From assembly GCA_038254065.1 (NCBI GenBank), contig JBBSGM010000001.1, positions 6,434 through 70,433 on the forward strand: a DNA stretch of 64,000 nt, given 5' to 3'. Origin of the DNA: Mycobacteriales bacterium (GTDB lineage Bacteria; Actinomycetota; Actinomycetes; Mycobacteriales; Pseudonocardiaceae). Of this stretch, positions 42,989 to 50,470 are shown piece after piece. Within the stretch, counting starts at the first letter, position 1. Every line of letters begins with the position of its first letter. A model generated the notes under the pieces. It was not told the DNA's origin. It did no database searches and saw only the letters and a program-made list of their open reading frames with translations. The position numbers were made by a program, and so were the translations under genes.

Positions 42989-43098
42989 CCATTCTTTTCC
43001 CAGGTCAGCGGCTCGTAGCGGCTTTCTACGTCGCATGAGTTCCCGGCGGCTGGCATGAGTTGTGGCATGTCGTCGGTCCATCGGCCTACTGTCGCGGC

Positions 43099-44637
43099 AT
43101 GTCGAGGGGTTCGATCGAGACGCTGCGTACGGGTTTCCGTGCGCGCGTCTACGCCGGCAAGGACCCGATCACCGGCAAGCAGACCTACCTGCGGGGCGAG
43201 ACCCGCCGTCACCGGCGCGACGCCGAGACTGATGCTGAGCGCCTGGTCGCGAACGTCGAGGCCGAGCGCCGGCCCGACCAGCACGCCACCGTGGCCCACC
43301 TTCTCGACCGCTGGACCGAGGTCGTCGACCACGAGCTCAGCACCGCCGAGACGACGGCCGGCTACGTTCGACGGACCCTGAAGCCGGCCCTCGGCGACCT
43401 GACGGTGCGCAAGCTCCAGCACCGCGTCGACATCCTCGACCGGCTCTACACCCACCTGCGCCGGTGCAACCAGCTCTGCGACGGGCAGGGCCGGACTCGA
43501 CAGCCTGCCGGGGTCGCCGATGCAGCCGCGCATGTCTGCCGCCCGATGTCCCCTAGTTCGGTCCGCCGCGTGCACGCGATCCTCTCCGCGGCGCTCAACT
43601 ACGCCGTCTCGTGGGGATGGATCGAACGCAATCCGGCCGACTACGCCCACCCGCCGAAGATCGCTCGCCGCCGCGCCGAACCGCCGACGCCCGAGCAGGT
43701 CGCGCTCCTGCTGAACGCCGCCGCTGCCACCGACGACGAGGTGGCGGTGTTCCTCTGGCTCGCGGTCACCACCGGCGCGCGGCGCGGAGAGCTGGTCGCC
43801 CTGCGCTGGTCGGCTGTTGACCTCGACCGTGGCGTGCTGCGCCTCGCCGCCAACTACGTCGTCCGCAGCGGCCAGCGCCGGCTGAAGGGCACGAAGACCG
43901 GCGAGGAGAGGCTGCTCTCGCTCGATGTGGCGACCGTCGGTGCCCTGGCAGATCTCCGTGCCGTCCGCGCCGACGCCCTCGCGCCGGCCGGCCTCCCCCT
44001 GCCGGCCGACGCGTTCGTGTTCACCCCCGACCCGCTGGGCGCTCGACCCTGGAACCCTGACCACTTCACTCACCGCTACCGCGCCCTGGCCGACGAACTG
44101 GGGATCGTCGAACCGCTCAAGAACCTCCGGCATTTCAACGCCACCCAGCTGCTCGCGGCCGGGGTGGACCTGCGCACGACCGCCGGACGGTTGGGCCACA
44201 GTGACGGCGGTGCCACAACCCTGCGCGTATATGCCAGCTGGACGCGGCCAGCGGATCAACGTGCCGCCGAGCTTCTCGCCGGCGACCTCGCGGCTCTGCG
44301 CGCCCGATCCGCCGCCACGTCCCCACAGCCAACTCTGCCGGGGCGACGTCGTACGGCCCGAGTCCGACCGGAGCTGGACGACGTCCTGCCCCTCGCCGAA
44401 GAGCTGCGCGACTACCGGCAGCTCGCCGCCGCACTCCGTGACGCGATCCGACTCGACAAGCTCAGACCCGGTGACCCATGCCCGTCCGCGGCAGCGCTAG
44501 CGGCGCACGCCGGACTCGCGCGCTCGACCGCGCATCGTGCCATCACCGCGCTCGGGGACGAGGGCGCGATCGTGCGTGTGCGCGGCCGTTGGGAAGTCGT
44601 GGGTTTCCCGGAGCTGCGTCGGAAGGCTGGGGTCTGA
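43099..44637 (+). CDS. int: Tyrosine recombinase/integrase with C-terminal GntR-like winged-HTH extension
   Basis: Catalytic region TGARRGELVAL ... LRHFNATQLLAAG ... LGHSDGGATTLRVYAS. After about 45 linker residues comes YRQLAAALRDAIRLDKLRPGDPCPSAAALAAHAGLARSTAHRAITALGDEGAIVRVRGRWEV, with no in-frame stop between them. Confidence 0.85.
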   Translation: MSRGSIETLRTGFRARVYAGKDPITGKQTYLRGETRRHRRDAETDAERLVANVEAERRPDQHATVAHLLDRWTEVVDHELSTAETTAGYVRRTLKPALGDLTVRKLQHRVDILDRLYTHLRRCNQLCDGQGRTRQPAGVADAAAHVCRPMSPSSVRRVHAILSAALNYAVSWGWIERNPADYAHPPKIARRRAEPPTPEQVALLLNAAAATDDEVAVFLWLAVTTGARRGELVALRWSAVDLDRGVLRLAANYVVRSGQRRLKGTKTGEERLLSLDVATVGALADLRAVRADALAPAGLPLPADAFVFTPDPLGARPWNPDHFTHRYRALADELGIVEPLKNLRHFNATQLLAAGVDLRTTAGRLGHSDGGATTLRVYASWTRPADQRAAELLAGDLAALRARSAATSPQPTLPGRRRTARVRPELDDVLPLAEELRDYRQLAAALRDAIRLDKLRPGDPCPSAAALAAHAGLARSTAHRAITALGDEGAIVRVRGRWEVVGFPELRRKAGV

Positions 44638-45536
44638 TGGCGCGCGACATCTCCCCGTCAGCCCTTCAGCTCCGACTGCCGTCGCCGCTCGAAACTCTCG
44701 ACGATGACCGCCTCAGCCGGCACGGGGTCCGGGTCATGCTCAAGCGGGACGACCTCATTCACCCGGGCATCCCCGGCAACAAGTGGCGGAAGCTAAAGTA
44801 CAACCTCTTCGACGCAGCAGCGTCCGGTGAGCAGACACTCCTGACTTTCGGCGGCGCCTACTCGAACCACATTCGTGCAGTCGCGGCCGCCGGATACCAC
44901 TTCGGGTTCACGACCATCGGCATCATCCGCGGTGAGGAGCACTTGCCCCTGAACCCGACGCTCGGCTTCGCCGTCCGCCACGGGATGACGATCGACTACC
45001 TCGACCGAGCGACCTATCGCGACAAGACCGACCCGACTGTCGTCGAAGGACTGCACCGCCGCTTCGGCGACTTCTTCCTGCTCCCCGAGGGCGGGAGCAA
45101 CGCAGCCGCGGTGCGCGGCGCGGCGGAGATCTCGGCCGAGCTGCCACCTGACTATGACGTCGTCTGCTGCCCGTGCGGGACGGGCGGGACGCTAGCCGGG
45201 CTCGCGGCCGGCCTTCCTGCGGGCAAGCTCGCGCTCGGTTTCGCGGCACTCAAGGGGGCCGGCTTCCTCGTCGACGACGTGACGCGCCTTCAGCGGGAGT
45301 ATGGAACGGTGACTGAAAATTGGAACATCGAGCTGGACTACCACTTCGGTGGCTTTGCCCGCCGTAAACCCGCCCTGGACGCGTTTATGGCCGACTTCCG
45401 ACTCCGACACTCAATTGACCTAGAGTGGGTGTACGTTGCGAAGATGCTCTACGGCGTATTCGACTTGGTCGAGCGCGGCTGGTTCGCCGCCGGTACAACG
45501 GTCGTCTCGGTCGTCACGGGCCCGGCTTTACCTTAG
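44637..45536 (+). CDS. PLP-dependent enzyme of the ACC deaminase / D-cysteine desulfhydrase family
   Basis: ATG 44637 overlaps the int stop (TGATG). PLP-lysine motif PGNKWRKLKY, plus GGAYSNH and CPCGTGGTLAGL. Confidence 0.75.
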   Translation: MARDISPSALQLRLPSPLETLDDDRLSRHGVRVMLKRDDLIHPGIPGNKWRKLKYNLFDAAASGEQTLLTFGGAYSNHIRAVAAAGYHFGFTTIGIIRGEEHLPLNPTLGFAVRHGMTIDYLDRATYRDKTDPTVVEGLHRRFGDFFLLPEGGSNAAAVRGAAEISAELPPDYDVVCCPCGTGGTLAGLAAGLPAGKLALGFAALKGAGFLVDDVTRLQREYGTVTENWNIELDYHFGGFARRKPALDAFMADFRLRHSIDLEWVYVAKMLYGVFDLVERGWFAAGTTVVSVVTGPALP

Positions 45537-45744
45537 CCCGGGCTTCACCGGATTGATCATGTAGCGACACGGTGGTCCTGGATGCGTAAAGGTGCCTGCT
45601 CAGCTGCGTCCCCAAAGCTCAGCGTATGTCCAGCGCGACTTTGATGACCCACCTGAGATTGATCTGCATCTCTCCGATTGGCATTTCGACATGGTCACGG
45701 CGGTTGAATTGAGTCCAGCGAGGACACGTATCCGAGAATCGCCA

Positions 45745-46272
45745 TCATTCTCCCGTAAGCCTCACCGTGTAGTCAGTTAGGCGCTTGCCTAGGGTCGGTA
45801 GGTCAAGCTCGACTCGCACTGCTTCAAGGTACAGATCTATTAGTTCTTGGGAAGGCTCCCGGATGCTATACCACTCTTCGATCGTGAATTGCCCTGTCCG
45901 TGCTGACTTAAATAATTCGTTCACTTGGTGGTCAACGTCGCGGGCTAATGCTGCGGTAGCAGGCGCTCCGTGCATCCATACGGCAATTACCGCTCGGTTC
46001 CACATGATGCCTGCCTGCCGGGCGTCCTCAATCCGATCGGCGGTTTCATCGGAGTCGAGACTCGTCAGCGCCACGCGTCGCATCGCCTCTCGCAGTACGA
46101 AGTACTCGGATGCTAGGTCTTGGTAGCTCCGAACTCGTCGTTCGCGGAGGTCCTTCTCTCGTTCCTGTCTTGTGTCGAGTCGCCGGCTAACAACGATTCC
46201 CGCAATGGTGGCCGCTGCAGAGGTGACTGCTGCTGTGACTCCGAATAGGGCAAGGAGGAGTTGCTGATTCAT
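45745..46272 (-). CDS. Hypothetical N-terminally membrane-anchored protein (175 aa), low-G+C cargo
   Basis: TM helix LLLALFGVTAAVTSAAATIAGIVV followed by a helical, charged domain. Its codon usage differs from the host genes. Confidence 0.5.
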   Translation of the reverse strand: MNQQLLLALFGVTAAVTSAAATIAGIVVSRRLDTRQEREKDLRERRVRSYQDLASEYFVLREAMRRVALTSLDSDETADRIEDARQAGIMWNRAVIAVWMHGAPATAALARDVDHQVNELFKSARTGQFTIEEWYSIREPSQELIDLYLEAVRVELDLPTLGKRLTDYTVRLTGE

Positions 46273-46299
46273 TGGGAATCCGATCGAATCTGGTCGGTG

Positions 46300-46884
46300 C
46301 TAGCGTGTACTTGTAGAGAACGATTGAATGCGGGGGTGCAGAATCCGATGCGCTTGGGCCTCACCTTGGCTACTGCCGAATGAGGACAGGCTTCCAGTCT
46401 GCGCCTTGAGTCTCTTCCAAGCGCGACTTGTGCCAAGTGTCGGATTCCGTCGCTTCAGATGAATGGCAGCTTTTCGGGCGAGCCACTCCGCATGTAGCCA
46501 CTGCTCGGGCTTACTCCAAGCGTTTCGCCTATCCTCAACGAACGGTTGCAGGACCACGTATATGTGAACGAGCTGAGGAGCCCAGAATCTAAACAATGCT
46601 CGTTGAGCGATATGTCCGTTAAGAGTAAGAAATCCAATGTGACTGAACTGCCGAAGAACTGCCGTAGCAGTTTCGATCTCGTCCGGGGTCAAACTGGCGA
46701 CAGGCTTGCCTTCAAGCTCAAACGCGGCTGCGCGGAAATGGACACTGTCAGGTGACCACAAGGTTGCCAAGGTCTGACTTGAAACGTTTCCATGAATACC
46801 TCGACGAGCTACCATCGTCTGTGCGCTTGATATTGTGACGGCCAATACAGCGACGATGAGTGTCGAGAAATTTTCGACTGCCAT
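46300..46884 (-). CDS. Hypothetical N-terminally membrane-anchored protein (194 aa), DUF4760-like by recollection
   Basis: TM helix FSTLIVAVLAVTISSAQTMV. The core AVLRQFSHIGFLTLNGHIAQRALFRFWAPQLVHIYVVLQPFVEDRRN resembles DUF4760. It lies 27 nt upstream of the 175-aa gene on the same strand. Confidence 0.5.
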   Translation of the reverse strand: MAVENFSTLIVAVLAVTISSAQTMVARRGIHGNVSSQTLATLWSPDSVHFRAAAFELEGKPVASLTPDEIETATAVLRQFSHIGFLTLNGHIAQRALFRFWAPQLVHIYVVLQPFVEDRRNAWSKPEQWLHAEWLARKAAIHLKRRNPTLGTSRAWKRLKAQTGSLSSFGSSQGEAQAHRILHPRIQSFSTSTR

Positions 46885-47455
46885 GTCTGGCTCCTAACGT
46901 CAATTCGTCGACTTGAGACCTTGGCATCGGAGTATGCGCCCTAGTCTCCGGCAGGTGCATCAGCCTTGATGTAGGTTTGAGGTTTGAGGTACTTGCAGGG
47001 CGGGCGGGGGTTCATCCAGCCGACTGGGCGGGACTAGGCAGGCGTTCGCGACGGTTCTGTCGGTTACCAGCCCGAGCGGGTCAACTTCGCCGTACGCCTG
47101 GCACCACTTGAGTTGGCTCGTAGAGGTCGCCAAATCGGCATGCATACCTAGGTGAGCAGGAGGCGCTCATGAACGCTGACCTAGGAGACTGCCGCGACGG
47201 CATTGTACGTGCGCACCGATGATCTACCGAAAGCCGCGCTGCGAAGCATATTTAAGCTGGCCAGGAAGCGGGAGTTCAAGGATTGAAACCCGGGCTCGGG
47301 TTCCTGCTTCAAGATGTAGCGAGTTGTGTCGCGTCTGGCTGGGCGGCCGCTCAAGAGTTACTTAATGAGCGTTTGGGTTGGGGGTGTACCATTGGTACAA
47401 CGGCAATTGGGCTTCGTTACATAGCGGTTGCTTGCGCTGCGTTCTGTCGCTAAGA

Positions 47456-48505
47456 CTACTTGGACTCAAACTTCTTGAGCGTACGGCGATCGAGGGAACG
47501 GGATTCGAGTTTCAGATCCCAGTCGCCATTGTTGATCTGAAACCGTTTGCCGAATCCGAGCCAGCGCCCCGTCAGCTGGCCGCCCGACGGCGCGACGAGG
47601 AACTGGAGGGCACCTCGATACACCGCACCCTTGTAGTAGCCGTTCGGCGAGGTCCGCTCCTCCCATGATCCCGTCGCTGTCATGCCGTCAACCATCAGGC
47701 TCATGCCCAGCTCGGACCCCGACGATTGCGGGAGGCTCTCGACAGTGACCGATGCTCCCTGCTGCCGCAGCACGACGTAGTGGATATCCGAGAAATCCTT
47801 GCCGCGCCCGTTGCTGTAGTACGAATACTCGCTGCGCCAAACCCCGGACAGGTCCACGACGCCGCTATGGATCGGAGGCTGCGCTGCGGCCCCGGCGATG
47901 CCGTCAGGATCGGCTGGCTGCGCTGCGGCGAGCGTGAGGGCGAATCCGAGCTTCAAGAGCAATGAGCGTCGATCGAGCGCCGAGTCGAGCTGAGCTGCCC
48001 ATGTTGCCGTTTCGCGGGCCAGTTCTTGAACGTCTGTCAGTTCGAGTCGCGTAACAAGTGCGCTTAGTGCTCCACGCCTGTCGCTTGAATCGCCGGTCGT
48101 TGTCACCATCGCGGGCAAGTGTGCCATGTCCGATCGGGCGCGGAAAACCACGTCCTCCGGGCGGTGATCGGCCGCGTCCGACAACAAGTCCACTACGTGG
48201 CAACTGTAGATGTCGGCGAGCTTGGTCAGGACTTCCAGCGACGGCGTATATCCGGTCGACGCCGGCCATTTCTCCCAATACGAAATGTTCTTGAATGTCT
48301 TGATGTCGTCCGGCCAGCGCTCGTTCCATCGGTCGGCGACGTCGCCCTGGCTCCAGCCGTGCGCGAGCCGAAGGGCGACGCGTGCGTTCACGCTGTACTC
48401 CCGTCGGAAGGCCGCTGCGACCTCACCCCACGTCATGCCGTCCGCCCGCAGCATCTCGGCGTGCTGCGCCTGCGCCTGCTTCTGGCTCCGGACTCGGACA
48501 GGCAT
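47456..48505 (-). CDS. XRE-type HTH regulator with uncharacterised C-terminal beta-rich domain
   Basis: N-terminal HTH region (VALRLAHGWSQGDVADRW...SLEVLTKLADIYSCHVVDLL). The C-terminal ~130 aa (SGVWRSEYSYYSNGRGKDFSDIHYVVLRQQG...) show no motif I recognise. It is divergent from the xis operon. Confidence 0.7.
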   Translation of the reverse strand: MPVRVRSQKQAQAQHAEMLRADGMTWGEVAAAFRREYSVNARVALRLAHGWSQGDVADRWNERWPDDIKTFKNISYWEKWPASTGYTPSLEVLTKLADIYSCHVVDLLSDAADHRPEDVVFRARSDMAHLPAMVTTTGDSSDRRGALSALVTRLELTDVQELARETATWAAQLDSALDRRSLLLKLGFALTLAAAQPADPDGIAGAAAQPPIHSGVVDLSGVWRSEYSYYSNGRGKDFSDIHYVVLRQQGASVTVESLPQSSGSELGMSLMVDGMTATGSWEERTSPNGYYKGAVYRGALQFLVAPSGGQLTGRWLGFGKRFQINNGDWDLKLESRSLDRRTLKKFESK

Positions 48506-48722
48506 CGACGTCTCCTCGGGGCCCTCTGGGACAGCAACTCACCAGCAATGATAGCAGTTTGTCCCCGTCGAACGGGGAGCTTCTGTCAGAGATGATCGCC
48601 GCCGCGCTGGGTGTTTTGCCCGCTCCGCACGCCGTTCCCTGATGTCTCGACGGGAGCTGACGACGCGGACCGCACCGGCCGTCCGCACAGCGCCCCTCAA
48701 TCCGGGAGAGGAGCGACAACTC

Positions 48723-49019
48723 ATGAATCAGAACCCAGCTGTGCGCATCCCGCGCACTCGGGCACCGGACGACGAGCACCCGCTGATGACCATCACCGCG
48801 GCGGCGCGGGCGCTCGGCTGTTCCGCAATGACCATCCGGCGACGGGTCGATGCCCGCCAATTCCCCGCCGTCAAGATCGGCTCGAAGGCGCAGGTCCCAC
48901 GGGCGTTCGTCGCCCGCGTGCTCGCCGATGCGCTGGGCGGCCGGACAGTCGTCGTCGAGGAGTACGCGGCGGCCTGGATGAACGCGCTCGACGCGGACGA
49001 GCAGGTGGCCCGTGCCTAG
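48723..49019 (+). CDS. xis: Excisionase-type (MerR-like) HTH DNA-binding protein
   Basis: MTITAAARALGCSAMTIRRRVDARQFPAVKIG. ATG 48723 is preceded by GGGAGAGGAG. Confidence 0.7.
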   Translation: MNQNPAVRIPRTRAPDDEHPLMTITAAARALGCSAMTIRRRVDARQFPAVKIGSKAQVPRAFVARVLADALGGRTVVVEEYAAAWMNALDADEQVARA

Positions 49020-49233
49020 CCCTGGAGTTCTGATCTTCGTGGTGATCGTGGGTGCAGTCATCTGCGCCCGGGCCCGCGTGGCCGGCGGCGCTGTTCTGTT
49101 CGGGGTAGCCGCGGTAGTGCTGTTCGTGGCTACCCCGGCGGGTGCCGGTCTGCCGGGCGCGGTGTCGAGCTTCCTGTCGACGTTCGACCACGCAGCGACG
49201 CCGGTCCTGTCGGGAACGGGCGGTGCGGGATGA
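49012..49233 (+). CDS. Small two-TM membrane protein
   Basis: 73 aa with two hydrophobic helices. It overlaps the xis end and the next start (translational coupling). Confidence 0.4.
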   Translation: MPSPGVLIFVVIVGAVICARARVAGGAVLFGVAAVVLFVATPAGAGLPGAVSSFLSTFDHAATPVLSGTGGAG

Positions 49234-49751
49234 GCGCGCCGGCCCTGACCCAGGACCCGGAGCTGACCGTGGGCGAGATCGGTGGTCACGCGGTCGTGTT
49301 CCGCGGGGCGCACCGCGATGTCAACCCGACGCCGATCACGACGGGCGTGGTGTTGCGGGTGCCGATGTCACACGAGGACGTCGAGGCGATGTTCTGGCGG
49401 ATGTTGCGCGATCAGGGGGTGACGTTCGCCGACCTGGACGACGACACGACCGCGTGCTGGTTCTTGCTGGACGCGATCCTCGGCGCCGGCGTCTCTGGAC
49501 TCGACTGCTACCGCGACGCGTTGGCTGCGGTTACGCCGGCCGATCCGGACTATGCCGCCGTAGCGCGGCTGCGCCGCCGTGTCGTGGCGTTGATCGGCCC
49601 GCATCCGCGACGGCGCTGGCGCGGCCGGCCAGGGTGTGGGGAAGGGAGCCGCGGCGGCCACCGCGCTCCCCTCCTGATCTCCCAGACGACCAACCCGTTG
49701 GCAGGTACATCGGCGCCGGATGAAGGCCGAGTCTTTGGGGACGGGCCGTGA
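49230..49751 (+). CDS. Hypothetical ICE protein
   Basis: 173-aa ORF coupled to both neighbours. No motif recognised. Confidence 0.45.
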   Translation: MSAPALTQDPELTVGEIGGHAVVFRGAHRDVNPTPITTGVVLRVPMSHEDVEAMFWRMLRDQGVTFADLDDDTTACWFLLDAILGAGVSGLDCYRDALAAVTPADPDYAAVARLRRRVVALIGPHPRRRWRGRPGCGEGSRGGHRAPLLISQTTNPLAGTSAPDEGRVFGDGP

Positions 49752-50470
49752 TGGCCGGCCCGCGCGTGCTGCACGGCCTGCTCGCGATCGTGGCCGCCGC
49801 CGCCGCGGTGTTGTCGTTCGCCGCGCTTCGGGATCTCGCCCTGGTGTGCGGGTTCGCCCCACAGTTGGCGTGGCTGCTGCCGGTCGTGGTCGACGCAGGC
49901 GCCGCGGCCGGGTCGCTGGTCTGGCTCGGTGGCCGAGTCGCACGGCCGGCCCGGCGATTCGCCCGCACTCTCGCACTGGCCCTGCTGGGGTTGTCGGTCG
50001 GAGCGAACGCACTGGGGCACGGCCTCTCCGCGTTCGGGCTCGCGCCGGCGTGGTGGGTCGTCGTAATCGTCTCCGCGGTCGCCCCGGCGGTGCTCGGAGC
50101 GGTCGTGCACCTCGCCGTCCTGGTCGGTCGCCCCGCCTCCGACCCAGACCCGGGTGACCACGTCAGCGGCGACGAGGCGCACGTGTCGATCGGCTATGAG
50201 CTGACCGGCCAGGCCCTCGACGCAGGGCTGCTCGATGAGCAGGGCCTGTCCCGCCGCTGGAACGACGCACTACCCGCTGCTGGCGCCGACACGTCCGACG
50301 GACGGGCAGCCGAGCTGATCGCGGCCGGTGCCGGCCGGCGGCGACTCGCGCGCGAGCTGGACATCAGCGAGTACGAGGCCCGCCGGCTGCTCCGCCGGAC
50401 CCGCCCCTTCGCCGCCCCATCACCCGACGCGGCGCCCGCCGCGCCTTCGTTGAACGGAGTTCCGTCATGA
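49748..50470 (+). CDS. DUF2637-like membrane protein with C-terminal HTH-like tail
   Basis: Four TM helices (LLAIVAAAAAVLSFAAL, LAWLLPVVVDAGAAAG...). The tail reads GRRRLARELDISEYEARRLL. Family assignment is by recollection. Confidence 0.6.
   Translation: MMAGPRVLHGLLAIVAAAAAVLSFAALRDLALVCGFAPQLAWLLPVVVDAGAAAGSLVWLGGRVARPARRFARTLALALLGLSVGANALGHGLSAFGLAPAWWVVVIVSAVAPAVLGAVVHLAVLVGRPASDPDPGDHVSGDEAHVSIGYELTGQALDAGLLDEQGLSRRWNDALPAAGADTSDGRAAELIAAGAGRRRLARELDISEYEARRLLRRTRPFAAPSPDAAPAAPSLNGVPS

Noticed and set aside
45592-45780. 62-aa plus-strand ORF between the PLP enzyme gene and the 175-aa gene
   Set aside because: It has no RBS, overlaps the 3' end of the convergent 175-aa gene, and has no recognisable features.
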